Position numbers and translations under genes: made by a program
Source of the DNA: a virus
Lineage: Duplodnaviria; Caudoviricetes
Strand: one strand, 5' to 3'
DNA: 25,198 bases
Virus record (IMG/VR): IMGVR_UViG_3300036783_000044
Location: 1 to 25,198 of that record
The notes under the pieces: generated by a model
What the model saw: only the letters and a program-made list of their open reading frames with translations
What the model was told of the DNA's origin: nothing
Databases searched by the model: none
Shown here: positions 1-9,504 of the stretch, one piece after another
Numbering within the stretch: position 1 is the first letter of the stretch
Layout of the letters: the number at the start of each line of letters is the position of its first letter

Positions 1-507
1 ATAATTTATTTTTGATGTATGTCATAAGTCCGAACAAGACCGTTACGGCATTGCTCTATTTGCAATGCTTTATAGACGTTGCGTTAAAACCGGTCCCTGC
101 AAGTACATCAAGTAAGAAACTGATGCATCATGAAGAAAAATTCCAAAACTCGCAGCCGTCGCGGATTTGACGGGCGTAAAAAGCTGATGGGGGATTTCAA
201 GCAACAGCAGACATTCTGATTTCTGGCATTGCCAGCGGATTAACGGAATTGCAGGGAAAAAGCGCCAGGCATGGACGTTTAAGGCCATGGACAAAATTAC
301 CGTGCTGGATATACACGATGATGACCGGAGCCATTCAGCAGGCAGGCATGGGCGATTAAAGTCAGGCAGTAAAAACGTGTGGCGTGTAAACGGATGCATC
401 AAGGCTAGAAGTGATAAATCTTGTAGTTAAGTCCCTCTATGTATCAGGGGAATTTTTGATATTGAGGCAGAAGTTAACAGTGAGGGGACATTACTCGATT
501 CTAGCGT

Positions 508-533
508 AAAAAAGCCACTCGCTAGATTGGCTT
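508..533 (-). terminator. Rho-independent terminator downstream of the tRNA-Ile2 3' end
   Basis: Minus strand AAGCCA-atctagcgag-TGGCTT followed by TTTT, about 27 bp downstream of the tRNA CCA. Confidence 0.6.
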
Positions 534-559
534 AATTATTTGATTTTAAAGCTAAAATT

Positions 560-606
560 TGGTGGCCCCTGCTGGACTTGAACCAGCGACCAAGCGATTA
601 TGAGTC
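560..606 (-). repeat. Prophage att core: 3' 47 nt of tRNA-Ile2(CAT) (ileX/ileY type), from anticodon arm to CCA
   Basis: Minus strand GACTCATAATCGCTTGGTCGCTGGTTCAAGTCCAGCAGGGGCCACCA matches the 3' part of enterobacterial tRNA-Ile(CAT). The 5' half is absent here. Phage 186 is known to integrate in a tRNA-Ile gene. Confidence 0.92.
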
Positions 607-645
607 CGAACCATACTTGATTAAAAACAATGATTTACATTAAAT

Positions 646-1731
646 TCAAGCGCATAGGATTTCGTATATTGTCGAAAAATATTGCATAGTGCTGCGCTGT
701 GCTGCCATTTTGCTGCCACCAATTAGGTTTAATGGGTTCAGTTCAACTGCCTCTGTTAGATGGTCTGGGGCAAAGTGAGCATACCGCATTGTTACTTTGA
801 TATCCGTATGTCCGAGGATGCGTTGTAAGACCAGAATATTGCCGCCGCCCATCATAAAATGGCTGGCAAAAGTATGTCGTAGAACGTGCGATAGCTGGCC
901 GTCTGGCAGCTCTATACCCGCGCGCTTTATAGCGCTCCTGAATGCTGAATAACATCCGGTAAAAAGAGGTTTAGAAGTTCGGTTTTTGGGTAACAGCTCG
1001 TAAAGCTCATCACTGATTGGAACCGCACGGTTTTTCTTACCTTTCGTTTTGATAAAAGTGATTTTGCCGGGGCTTATCTGTTTACCGGTTAAGCCTTCTG
1101 CCTCTCCCCATCTTGCGCCGGTCGCAAGGCAGATTTTGACAATTGTGGTTAAATCACCTGCTTTGCTTTTCTCGCATTCCTCAAGCAAGCGCGTCGCTTC
1201 CTCAATTGTAAGCCAGGCTAGCTCAACTTCTGCAATCTTAAACTCTCTCACATTTTCGAGAGGGTTTGGTGCTGTCCAGTCATCAAGTCTTTTCAACTCA
1301 TTGAACATAGCGCGAAAGTAAGCCAGTTCAAGGTTTACCGTGCGAGGGGTCACGGACTTGACGCGATTTGAGCGGGTTATTTTTCCGCTTAACCGCTGTT
1401 CTCTGTACGTTGAGAATAATTTAGCGTTGAATTCAGTTGCGAGGGGATCACCCATAGCGAGACAGGCGAACTCCATTGCACCTTTACGCTTTTCACCATC
1501 CGCAAGTGTCACACCATGTGCGTTATACCAGGCTGTAACCAAATCCCGAACGCGGCGTTTGTCTGTTTTTTCACCCAGCCACGGCTTATCTTGGGCTTGT
1601 TCTTTTACATGGCGCTCAAAGGCTAGAGCCTCGCCTTTGGTGGCAAATTGACGACGAATACGGCGTCCATCCCTACCATTTGGGAAAACTTGTGCCTGCC
1701 ACTTTCCATTCGACAATTTACTAACAGACAT
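646..1731 (-). CDS. int: Tyrosine integrase (186/HP1 type)
   Basis: 361 aa; catalytic motifs TGARWGE, KTKGKK, HVLRHTF, LGH, MRYAH; adjacent to the att core. Confidence 0.97.
   Translation of the reverse strand: MSVSKLSNGKWQAQVFPNGRDGRRIRRQFATKGEALAFERHVKEQAQDKPWLGEKTDKRRVRDLVTAWYNAHGVTLADGEKRKGAMEFACLAMGDPLATEFNAKLFSTYREQRLSGKITRSNRVKSVTPRTVNLELAYFRAMFNELKRLDDWTAPNPLENVREFKIAEVELAWLTIEEATRLLEECEKSKAGDLTTIVKICLATGARWGEAEGLTGKQISPGKITFIKTKGKKNRAVPISDELYELLPKNRTSKPLFTGCYSAFRSAIKRAGIELPDGQLSHVLRHTFASHFMMGGGNILVLQRILGHTDIKVTMRYAHFAPDHLTEAVELNPLNLIGGSKMAAQRSTMQYFSTIYEILCA
700..718 (-). promoter_or_regulatory. Putative integrase arm-type binding sites (direct repeat TGGCAGCA-aaa-TGGCAGCA)
   Basis: Plus strand TGCTGCCAtttTGCTGCCA about 95 bp from the att core, typical of paired arm sites of 186/HP1-like integrases. 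Confidence 0.6.
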
Positions 1732-1745
1732 AGCGTATTCAATTC

Positions 1746-2612
1746 CTATTCGCCGACTTCTACAATGTCTTCCAGCTCAGGATGACTTTCAGGGTATTTA
1801 AAAATGGCATTTTTACCGTATCTAAATATAAACTGTAGTACTCCGTTTATATTTTCTATGGATTCAAGTTGACCAAGCATTACGAATGTTCGCTCATTCA
1901 TATAATTTCTGCCGATTAGGTCGTCTGCCTTGGTTGTTTTCAGTTGGTCAACTAAAAACGCCGATCGAGACTTAAATGAAACGACTTTTCTATTGTTATA
2001 GATCTTTTTTGGTTCTTCGATTTTATTTAATATCTGATTTAATGTTTCAAAAATTAAAGTGTCTTGCTTGCTTAAATGTGTTTTTTCTCCAACTTTAGCT
2101 GGTTCAATACTTAAAAGTTGAACAATTGAGTTAATATCATTTGAATCCGCTTCAAAAGTGCTTGAGATTGCTTTTTCTAAAGATTTAATATTATTGAAAG
2201 CATTATCAATACGCAGAGAACTATCATATTCACAATATCTGAAAGCTTGAACATCAAAAGGACTTATTGTTCTATCATCTTTAATTAATACTGTTTTTTT
2301 ATTGAAAGCCTGTCTGAGACCTAATTCATACATTACATTCGGATTTCGGCCACTTAGGTCGCATATAGCAATATCTGACTCAACAATTCTTTTTAAAATA
2401 TCTAAAACAATTAAGTTGGAATTGTTAACTTCATCTGCCCTTACTGGTTTGAAACCAGAAGCGACACAGGCTGGTTTTATTAAATGGCTGTAAACCCTGT
2501 CGAAATGGCGTTGGTCATAACCTGCCATGTCAGCGATAGGCATGATGACAAAGCAAGAACGTTCAAGCTTTTCAGTTTCTTGCTCTTTTGTTGCTTTAAC
2601 TGAAGACGTCAT
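1746..2612 (-). CDS. Accessory protein with N-terminal nucleoside 2-deoxyribosyltransferase/TIR-like domain; candidate defence effector
   Basis: 288 aa; CFVIMP...VRADE...I.ESDIAICDLSGRNPNVMYELGLRQA...PFDV motif set of NDT-like proteins; AT-rich; inserted between cI and int with 9-14 bp gaps and SD-like AAGGG. Confidence 0.8.
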   Translation of the reverse strand: MTSSVKATKEQETEKLERSCFVIMPIADMAGYDQRHFDRVYSHLIKPACVASGFKPVRADEVNNSNLIVLDILKRIVESDIAICDLSGRNPNVMYELGLRQAFNKKTVLIKDDRTISPFDVQAFRYCEYDSSLRIDNAFNNIKSLEKAISSTFEADSNDINSIVQLLSIEPAKVGEKTHLSKQDTLIFETLNQILNKIEEPKKIYNNRKVVSFKSRSAFLVDQLKTTKADDLIGRNYMNERTFVMLGQLESIENINGVLQFIFRYGKNAIFKYPESHPELEDIVEVGE

Positions 2613-2621
2613 GATCTACCC

Positions 2622-3188
2622 TTAAGTAAGTTGTTCAGTTTTGAGTATGACTTTACCGAATACCTTTATGTCCTGTGCCTTACACTCAAAAGATGCTTTA
2701 CCATTTTCGACGCGTATGCGACCGCCGGGAAATCTAAATACTTCTCGTATGCTGTATAACCCATCAATCTCTATGACCCACCAACCATCATTAATCTCCC
2801 CTTCATGTTCATCAATAAGGTAAAGAGAGTTTTCATAGGTGACTAATGATGGACTCGATAGACCGGCAGGAATCAGACTACCGTCATAGTAGATTTCATT
2901 ATGTGATGACAAAACCCCATCTGTGATTTTGTAATGTTTTAAGGCTATAGCTTTATGCTCGACCTCATTCTCGTAAATTGGTCCTTCTCCTGAGATTAAC
3001 CACTGCAAAGATGCACCTGTTTCTATGCTGCAGATTATTGTCCAATCTGAAGGGAAGGTGTTGCGGGCATACCTGTTTGCCATCGTGCTTTGAGAAATCC
3101 CCAAGTGGTTGCAAAGGGACTGCCGGGTAGTAAAACCGTAGGCTTTTAGAATTCGCTCAATCACCGGCTGGCCGCCAGTATTTTGCAT
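2622..3188 (-). CDS. cI: 186-type CI immunity repressor
   Basis: GGQPVIERILKAYGF...LGISQSTMANRYARNTFP..W HTH, WLISGEG, and a C-terminal assembly domain. Start placed at ATG 3188 because the ORF-track start at 3245 overlaps the pR -35; the start is uncertain. Confidence 0.9.
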   Translation of the reverse strand: MQNTGGQPVIERILKAYGFTTRQSLCNHLGISQSTMANRYARNTFPSDWTIICSIETGASLQWLISGEGPIYENEVEHKAIALKHYKITDGVLSSHNEIYYDGSLIPAGLSSPSLVTYENSLYLIDEHEGEINDGWWVIEIDGLYSIREVFRFPGGRIRVENGKASFECKAQDIKVFGKVILKTEQLT

Positions 3189-3238
3189 AATGTTACTTTG
3201 CAACTTCTGTGGCACATGGCGATTTGTGATGTTTCGTG

Positions 3239-3267
3239 TTGACATTGGCGTTTTGTGATCCTATTCT
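3239..3267 (+). promoter_or_regulatory. Early lytic promoter pR
   Basis: TTGACA (3239-3244), 17 bp spacer, TATTCT (3262-3267) upstream of apl. Flanked by near-identical repeats TGGCGATTTGTGAT (3217-3230) and TGGCGTTTTGTGAT (3246-3259), candidate CI operators. Confidence 0.75.
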
Positions 3268-3283
3268 CCGTTGTGTGAAGCAA

Positions 3284-3312
3284 CGAATAGTGATTAACAG
3301 TCTCGAATAGTG
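3284..3312 (+). promoter_or_regulatory. Putative Apl/Cox-binding direct repeats
   Basis: AATAGTG / AACAGTC / AATAGTG at 10-bp periodicity (3286, 3296, 3306) between pR and apl, as expected for Apl operators. Confidence 0.5.
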
Positions 3313-3344
3313 TTGAGACAACCCAAACTGAGGAATATTGCATC

Positions 3345-3581
3345 ATGTATCGTCAACTTTCAATGCGCCCCAGCATCAATCTTGTGGTGTCAGAACCATT
3401 CATCACTCTTGATGAGTTCTGTCGTCGTACCGGCTACAAGTTGAGTTATGCCCGTCAGATGATCCGTGAAGGACGTTTACCTATCCGCAAAAAAGAAGGG
3501 GTAAACAGCCTGATCGAAGTAAACATGTTCGCTTTGACGATGGAAGCGGCTCAAGGCTGTGAAATCGCAATGCAGGCTTGA
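3345..3581 (+). CDS. apl: Apl/Cox-like repressor and excisionase
   Basis: 78 aa; ITLDEFCRRTGYKLSYARQMIREGRLPIRKK winged-HTH; first gene of the early operon divergent from cI; SD GAGG. Confidence 0.85.
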   Translation: MYRQLSMRPSINLVVSEPFITLDEFCRRTGYKLSYARQMIREGRLPIRKKEGVNSLIEVNMFALTMEAAQGCEIAMQA

Positions 3582-3615
3582 TAGTTCCATTTTGGGATAC
3601 AAAAGGATTTACCAC

Positions 3616-3642
3616 ATGTTTGATTATCAAATTTCCAAACAT
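3616..3642 (-). promoter_or_regulatory. CII binding site of the establishment promoter pE
   Basis: Perfect inverted 7-mers ATGTTTG-N13-CAAACAT, 20 bp centre to centre, at the start of cII, the arrangement known for phage 186 pE. Confidence 0.75.
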
Positions 3643-4125
3643 CCGCATTTTGATGAAGCCTGCCGGGCTTTCGCACTGCGTCACAATATGGCAAAGCTGG
3701 CAGAACGCGCGGGAATGAATGTCCAGACACTGCGCAACAAGCTGAACCCAGACCAGCCGCATCAGCTCACACCACCTGAAATCTGGCTGCTTACCGATCT
3801 CACTGAAGATTCAACCCTGGTTGACGGTTTCTTGGCACAAATTCACTGCCTGCCATGCGTGCCGATGAACGAAGTGGCAAAAGAGAAGCTGCCGCATTAC
3901 GTCATGAGTGCCACCGCTGAGATAGGGCGCGTTGCTGCCGGTGCTGTTACTGGCGATGTGAAAACCACTGCTGGACGACGTGATGTGATCAGCAGCATTA
4001 ACTCTGTAACTCGCCTGATGGCACTGGCTGCCGTTTCCATGCAGGCCCGCCTGCAGGCCAACCCCGCTATGGCAAGTGCGGTGGACACCGTAACAGGCCT
4101 TGGTGCTTCGTTCGGCATCATCTGA
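3616..4125 (+). CDS. cII: 186-type CII transcriptional activator
   Basis: 169 aa from MFDYQISKHPHFDEACRAFA; LRNKLNPDQPHQLT motif; SD AAGGA. Confidence 0.92.
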   Translation: MFDYQISKHPHFDEACRAFALRHNMAKLAERAGMNVQTLRNKLNPDQPHQLTPPEIWLLTDLTEDSTLVDGFLAQIHCLPCVPMNEVAKEKLPHYVMSATAEIGRVAAGAVTGDVKTTAGRRDVISSINSVTRLMALAAVSMQARLQANPAMASAVDTVTGLGASFGII

Positions 4126-4132
4126 GGTGATT

Positions 4133-4333
4133 ATGCTGACAAAAGAACCGTCATTCGCATCACTTTTGGTTAAACAAAGCCAGGGTATGCACTGCGGCCA
4201 TGGCTGGATTGTCGGGAAAGATGGCAAGCGCTGGCACCCGTCCCGCTCTCAGGAAGAACTACTGGCAGGGCTGACCACTACCAAACAGGTGAAACCATGG
4301 CTATTGAAGGCATTTCTGCGACTGTTCCACTAA
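4133..4333 (+). CDS. Phage early protein, Fil/DUF2724-like
   Basis: 66 aa MLTKEPSFASLLVKQSQGMHCGHGWI.GKDGKRWHP; SD GAGGTG; position after cII. Confidence 0.75.
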   Translation: MLTKEPSFASLLVKQSQGMHCGHGWIVGKDGKRWHPSRSQEELLAGLTTTKQVKPWLLKAFLRLFH

Positions 4334-4638
4334 GCCCGGGTCAACGGCTTGAAGGACTGAACCATATAGCTGAATTAAGGGCGAATGTGTTTGGTCTGAA
4401 TATTGAGCCAGAGCTTGAAAGGTTTATTAAAGATATGCGCGATCGCCGCGATATAAACCATAAACAAAATGAGCGCGCACTGGCAGCCATATTCTTTATG
4501 GCAAAAATTCCGGCAGAACGTCATGGTGTCAATATTAGTGATCTGACTACTGACGAAAAGCGGGAACTGGTTAAAGCAATGAATCATTTTCGTGCAGTGG
4601 TGAGCTTATTTCCCAAACGGCTAACCATGCCGAATTAA
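4297..4638 (+). CDS. Conserved P2-like early protein (DUF5347-like)
   Basis: 113 aa; GLNHIAELR...ALAAIFFMAKI...ELVKAMNHFRAVVSLFP; synteny. Confidence 0.75.
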   Translation: MAIEGISATVPLSPGQRLEGLNHIAELRANVFGLNIEPELERFIKDMRDRRDINHKQNERALAAIFFMAKIPAERHGVNISDLTTDEKRELVKAMNHFRAVVSLFPKRLTMPN

Positions 4639-4656
4639 CCCACAACAGAAATTAAT

Positions 4657-4686
4657 GGCGTAAACCCGCCGGGCATTCTTTTGCCC
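4657..4686 (+). promoter_or_regulatory. Tandem hairpins in the early operon (possible terminator/attenuator)
   Basis: GGCG-taaacc-CGCC followed by GGGCA-ttcttt-TGCCC, just before the SD CAGGAG of the next gene. Confidence 0.4.
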
Positions 4687-4705
4687 AAATTCAGGAGAGA
4701 GAACA

Positions 4706-4933
4706 ATGCAGAAAGAATTACGAAAAATGTTTGTAGCCGAAACCGACTCGCTTATGGCGGTGATCGATATTGCCAAACGTGAGGAGCGCAAAGGCCGCGC
4801 GCTCGCAGTTTCAATCCGCCTTGAGGCGCTGGCAACCCACATCACCAACAAAGGGTTAAACGGTGTTGAAGCAGCTGAATTACTGCGCTGCGAAGCAACC
4901 CGCTACGAAAACGAATCTCAGGAGCTGCACTAA
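4706..4933 (+). CDS. DUF2732-like phage protein
   Basis: 75 aa; AKREERKGRA...RLEALA.HI...EAAELLR.EA; SD CAGGAG. Confidence 0.8.
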   Translation: MQKELRKMFVAETDSLMAVIDIAKREERKGRALAVSIRLEALATHITNKGLNGVEAAELLRCEATRYENESQELH

Positions 4934-5160
4934 TGGCTGACTCTATGGACCTCGTACAACAGCGCGTTGAAGAAGAACGCCAGCGCCACATCCACACTGC
5001 CCGCAACAGAGCGCCGGGCGTTTCCCGTGTGCTTTGCATCGAATGCGATGCACCTATACCTCCAGCTCGCCGCCGCGCTATTCCGGGCGTGCAGTGCTGT
5101 GTGACCTGTCAGGAAATCGCAGAGCTTAAAGGCAAGCACTACAACGGAGGCGTTGTATGA
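4933..5160 (+). CDS. TraR/DksA-family C4 zinc-finger protein (P2 Orf82-like)
   Basis: MADSMDLVQQR...CIECDAPIPPARRRAIPGVQCCVTCQ. Confidence 0.9.
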   Translation: MADSMDLVQQRVEEERQRHIHTARNRAPGVSRVLCIECDAPIPPARRRAIPGVQCCVTCQEIAELKGKHYNGGVV

Positions 5161-6014
5161 GCACTATCCTGAAATGGGCGGGAAACAAAACCGCCATCAT
5201 GTCCGAACTGAAAAAGCACCTCCCAGCTGGTCCGCGACTGGTTGAGCCTTTCGCGGGTTCCTGCGCTGTGATGATGGCAACAGACTATCCTTATTATCTT
5301 GTCGCGGATATTAACGCTGACCTTATTAATTTGTATAAGAAAGCGGCCCATCACCCTGAAGAATTAATACAGATTGCATGGGTATTATTCAGCGAAGATA
5401 ACAGTGCTGAAAAGTATTATGAAAATCGTCTGCGTTTTAACGAAGATACATCCCTGACCACGCTGGAGCGCGCCGCATTATTCCTGTATTTAAATCGCCA
5501 TTGTTATCGTGGGTTGTGTCGTTATAACCAACGCGGGAAATTTAATGTTCCCTACGGTAATTATAAAAATCCATATTTCCCTCATGCAGAAATCCTCACC
5601 TTTGCTGAAAAGGCAGTGCGTGCAACGTTCATCTGCGCCAGCTATGACGAAACGCTGGCAATGCTGACGGCGGGTGATGTTGTTTACTGCGATCCACCTT
5701 ATGACGGTACTTTTAGCGGTTATCACACAGCCGGGTTCTCTGATGATGACCAGTATGATTTGGCATCTATTCTGGTGCGCCGGTCATCAGAGGGGCACCC
5801 GATCGTCGTGTCAAATAGCGACACCCGCCTGATTCGTTCGTTTTACCGAAATTTCACCCTTCACCGTATCAGCACAAAACGCAGCATAGGAGTTGCTGCA
5901 GGAGAAGGGAAAACCGCAGGCGAACTTATTGCTGTACTGAAACCAAAAGTTTGGACTGGCGTTGATCTGGCTGGCTGCCCTGATTACTCGGTTGTGCGTG
6001 AGGTGCGCGTATGA
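5157..6014 (+). CDS. dam: Phage DNA adenine methyltransferase (Dam family)
   Basis: LKWAGNK, EPFAGS (SAM binding), RYN..G.FNVPYG and YCDPPY motifs; ATGA overlap with the upstream gene. Confidence 0.93.
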   Translation: MSTILKWAGNKTAIMSELKKHLPAGPRLVEPFAGSCAVMMATDYPYYLVADINADLINLYKKAAHHPEELIQIAWVLFSEDNSAEKYYENRLRFNEDTSLTTLERAALFLYLNRHCYRGLCRYNQRGKFNVPYGNYKNPYFPHAEILTFAEKAVRATFICASYDETLAMLTAGDVVYCDPPYDGTFSGYHTAGFSDDDQYDLASILVRRSSEGHPIVVSNSDTRLIRSFYRNFTLHRISTKRSIGVAAGEGKTAGELIAVLKPKVWTGVDLAGCPDYSVVREVRV

Positions 6015-7021
6015 ATCCCATCGATCCGCGCTGCTTTGCTGCCAGCACCATCAACATCACCAGTATTTCAGGCGGCAAGGATAGTCTTGCCCAATGGCTG
6101 CGGGCCATTGAAAACGATGTTCCTCATATTTCTGTCTTCGCTGATACGGGCCATGAACACCCCCAGACGATGGAATATCTGGACTATCTGGAATCAAAGC
6201 TGGGCAAAGTTATCCGTGTTAAAGCTGATTTCACTCGCCAGATCGAAGGCAAACGGAAATTCATTGCAGAGAAATGGCCCGTTTCTCTGGTTCAGGAATG
6301 CGGTATGTCTGCCGATGAGGCGGCAGAACGTGTGCACCGTGCCCTGGAAATATTGAAGCCCACCGGCATTCCTTTTCTGGACCTGTGCATGTGGAAAGGC
6401 CGGTTCCCTTCCACAAAAGCCCGTTTCTGCACCTTTGACCTCAAGCATGAGCCTGTCAGGACTCAGGTTGTCGTTCCTGCCCTGGAAGAGTATGACGAGG
6501 TTATCAGCTGGCAGGGGGTCAGGGCTCAGGAATCACCTGCACGCGCATTGCTGCCGGACTGGGAGGAAGATGCAGACAATACGCCGGGTCTGCACGTCTA
6601 TCGTCCGATCCTTAACTGGCTGCATGAGGATGTCTTTGCAATTGCAAAGCGCCATGGCATTAAGCCTAACCCGTTATATCTGCAGGGCTGCAGCCGTGTC
6701 GGTTGTATGCCCTGCATTCATGCCCGTAAATCTGAACTTGCTGAAATTTTCCAGCGCTGGCCAGAAGAGGTTCGCCGGGTTGCTGAATGGGAAAGAATGG
6801 TTGCGGACTGTTCGCGCCGCGGTAATTCAACTTTCTTTCCCTCCACGCATGATCCACGCCGGGCTGAAAAGCGTATTGAGGTCATCACTGTTGATGCTTA
6901 TGGCATTGAGACCTATCGCGACTGGGCACTGACGACACGAGGCGGCGCGCAGTTTGATTTGCTGGCGAGTGCAAATGACAGCGCGGTTTGCAGCAGTGTT
7001 TACGCAGGAGTTTGCGAGTGA
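6011..7021 (+). CDS. Phosphoadenosine phosphosulfate reductase (PAPS reductase/DndC-like) family protein
   Basis: 336 aa; [10 protein letters not shown]-loop, FADTGHE, RFCT..LK..P, GVRAQES..R, RPIL.W...[15 protein letters not shown]. Confidence 0.88.
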   Translation: MNPIDPRCFAASTINITSISGGKDSLAQWLRAIENDVPHISVFADTGHEHPQTMEYLDYLESKLGKVIRVKADFTRQIEGKRKFIAEKWPVSLVQECGMSADEAAERVHRALEILKPTGIPFLDLCMWKGRFPSTKARFCTFDLKHEPVRTQVVVPALEEYDEVISWQGVRAQESPARALLPDWEEDADNTPGLHVYRPILNWLHEDVFAIAKRHGIKPNPLYLQGCSRVGCMPCIHARKSELAEIFQRWPEEVRRVAEWERMVADCSRRGNSTFFPSTHDPRRAEKRIEVITVDAYGIETYRDWALTTRGGAQFDLLASANDSAVCSSVYAGVCE

Positions 7022-9438
7022 CGGATATCAGCTCAGGCCGTCCCGTCGCGCCTCTTGTATCAGAACTCCCCGGTAGTGGAGGTAAAGCTACCGGGGCGTA
7101 TCCCTGGACCGCGCCTAAAAAGGCAATTAACCCCTATCTGAAACCGGCGGAAGTAGCGCCGGAGTCAGCGCTTTCAAACCTCATTACTCTCTATGCTGCG
7201 GACAACGAGCAGGAACAGCTGCGCCGCGAGGCCCTGAGTAATGAGGTCTGGGAACGCTATTTCTACAATGAATCCCGTGATCCTGTTCAGCGAGAAATGG
7301 AGCAGGACCAGCTGATAAGTCGCGCCAAAATGGCCCGTGAACAGCAACAATTCAACCCCGATCTGATAATCGTTGCTGACGTGAGCGCCCAGCCAGCGCA
7401 TATCAGTAAGCCGCTGCTTGAACGGATTAAATATTTCGAGGGCCTGGGCAAACCGAAGGCATATTCCCGCTATCTGCGTGAAACCATCAGGCCGTGCCTT
7501 GAACGCCTGGAGCGCGTGCGTACCAGCCAGGTTTCTGCGTCATTCCGTTTTATGGCGAGCCACGACGGGCTGGAGGGTTTGCTGGTTCTGCCCGAAATGA
7601 GCCAGGAGCAGGTCAAGCGGTTATCTACCCTGGTGGCGGCACACATGAGCATGTGTCTGGATGCTGCCTGCGGTGAGCTGTTTACGGATGAAGACGTTAC
7701 GCCGGAAGAGATCCGCCGGTCATGGGAAAGGGTGGCCGCTGAGGCCATGCGCCTCGATGTTATCCCGCCAGCTTTCGAGCAACTGCGTCGTAAAAAGCAC
7801 CGCCGTAACCCGGTCCCCTACGAGCTTATTCCGGGCTCGCTTGCCCGTATGCTTTGCGCGGACTGGTGGTATCGCAAGCTGTGGCAGATGAGGTGTGAAT
7901 GGCGGGAAGAACAGTTGCGCGCTGTCTGCCTGGTTAACAAAAAAGCGTCCCCGTATGTCAGCTATGAAGCCGTGATCCACAAACGCGAACAGCGTCGCAA
8001 ATCCCTGGAGTTTTTCCGCTCGCATGAGCTGGTTAACGCCGAAGGTGACACGCTGGATATGGAAGAAGTGGTAAACGCCAGCAGTAGCAATCCGGCGCAC
8101 CGGCGTAACGAAATGATGGCCTGCGTTAAGGGGCTGGAGCTGATCGCGGAAATGCGTGGTGAATGCGCCGTGTTCTATACCATCACCTGCCCATCACGCT
8201 TTCACGCAACGCTCAATAACGGCAGGCCAAACCCTAAATGGACCAGTGACACGGTCCGCCAGAGCAGCGATTACCTGGTGAATATGTTTGCCGCCTTCCG
8301 TAAGGCTATGCACAAAGCCGGGTTGCGCTGGTACGGTGTCCGCGTTGCTGAGCCACACCATGATGGCACCGTGCACTGGCACCTGCTTTGCTTCATGCGC
8401 AAAAAAGACCGCAAATCCATCACCGCGCTGCTGCGTAAATTCGCCATTCGTGAGGACCGGGAGGAACTGGGCACCAATACCGGGCCGCGATTCAAATCTG
8501 AGCTTATCAACCCGCGCAAGGGTACACCGACCAGCTATATCGCCAAATACATCAGCAAGAATATCGACGGGCGCGGGCTGGCGCAGGAAATCAGCAAAGA
8601 AACGGGAAGATCACTACGCGATAACGCTGAGAACGTAAACGCCTGGGCTTCGCTGCACCGTATCCAGCAATTCCGCTTCTTTGGTATTCCTGGCCGCCAG
8701 GCATACCGCGAGCTGCGCCTGCTGGCCGGTCAGGCTGCCAGGGCGCAGGGTGACAAGAAGGCCGGCGCGCCCGTACTTGAAAACCCGCGTTTGGATGCAG
8801 TGCTGGCCGCAGCTGATGCTGGCTGTTTTGCCACCTATATCATGAAGCAGGGCGGCGTTCTTGTTCCCCGCAAGCATCACCTGGTCAGAACTGCCTATGA
8901 ACTGAACGACGAGCCGAGCGCTTACGGCGATCACGGTGTTCGTATTTATGGCATCTGGTCCCCGATCATTGAGGGCCGGATTTGCACTCATGCAATGAAG
9001 TGGAAAATGGTTCGTAAAGCCGTTGACCTTCAGGAGGCGACAGCCGACCAGGGCGCTTGCGCCCCTTGGACTCGTGGCAATAACTGTCCCCCTGTTGAAA
9101 ATTTGAACCAGACAGGGGGGGAAGTACCGGAAATCACGTCCATGGATGAAAAGGCGCTGCAGGACTATCTACACGGCATGGGCAAAAAGGAACGGCGGGA
9201 GCTGGTTGCCCGGCTCAGGCTGGTAAAACCGAAGCGAAAAAAGGCTTACAAGCAGGAAATTTCGGAGCAGCAGCGCCTGCAGCTGGAGTATGAGCTGCGG
9301 TCCAGAGGATTCGATGGCAGTGAGTACGAGGTGAATTTACTTTTACGCGGCGGCAGTCTTCCGTCAGGCGGAGGGCTGCGCATCTTTTACCAGAACGGGC
9401 GGCTGCGCGAGGATGACAAGTGGCGTCAGTATTACTGA
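7018..9438 (+). CDS. A: Rolling-circle replication initiator/endonuclease A
   Basis: HUH motif [23 protein letters not shown] catalytic tyrosines, [11 protein letters not shown]; GTG start overlapping the upstream TGA. Confidence 0.95.
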   Translation: MTDISSGRPVAPLVSELPGSGGKATGAYPWTAPKKAINPYLKPAEVAPESALSNLITLYAADNEQEQLRREALSNEVWERYFYNESRDPVQREMEQDQLISRAKMAREQQQFNPDLIIVADVSAQPAHISKPLLERIKYFEGLGKPKAYSRYLRETIRPCLERLERVRTSQVSASFRFMASHDGLEGLLVLPEMSQEQVKRLSTLVAAHMSMCLDAACGELFTDEDVTPEEIRRSWERVAAEAMRLDVIPPAFEQLRRKKHRRNPVPYELIPGSLARMLCADWWYRKLWQMRCEWREEQLRAVCLVNKKASPYVSYEAVIHKREQRRKSLEFFRSHELVNAEGDTLDMEEVVNASSSNPAHRRNEMMACVKGLELIAEMRGECAVFYTITCPSRFHATLNNGRPNPKWTSDTVRQSSDYLVNMFAAFRKAMHKAGLRWYGVRVAEPHHDGTVHWHLLCFMRKKDRKSITALLRKFAIREDREELGTNTGPRFKSELINPRKGTPTSYIAKYISKNIDGRGLAQEISKETGRSLRDNAENVNAWASLHRIQQFRFFGIPGRQAYRELRLLAGQAARAQGDKKAGAPVLENPRLDAVLAAADAGCFATYIMKQGGVLVPRKHHLVRTAYELNDEPSAYGDHGVRIYGIWSPIIEGRICTHAMKWKMVRKAVDLQEATADQGACAPWTRGNNCPPVENLNQTGGEVPEITSMDEKALQDYLHGMGKKERRELVARLRLVKPKRKKAYKQEISEQQRLQLEYELRSRGFDGSEYEVNLLLRGGSLPSGGGLRIFYQNGRLREDDKWRQYY
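9058..9087 (+). other. Putative replication origin / A nick site inside gene A
   Basis: TGCGCCCCTTGGACTCGTGGCAATAACTGT resembles the P2/186 ori (GCGCCTCG/GAGTCCTGTCAATAACTGT in P2) at the equivalent position in A. Confidence 0.7.
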
Positions 9439-9504
9439 CAAACCGAAAATAATTCCGGTATTTGACTCATATCAGGGCTTTCTTATTGAAGTCCAAAAAA
9501 GCGT

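Noticed and set aside
70-402. 110-aa minus-strand ORF
   Set aside because: No recognisable motif or SD and atypical composition; probably spurious.
560-606. Complete tRNA gene
   Set aside because: Only the 3' 47 nt are present; the match breaks at 607 and there is no D-arm or 5' acceptor strand. It is an att repeat, and the intact tRNA is expected at the other prophage end.
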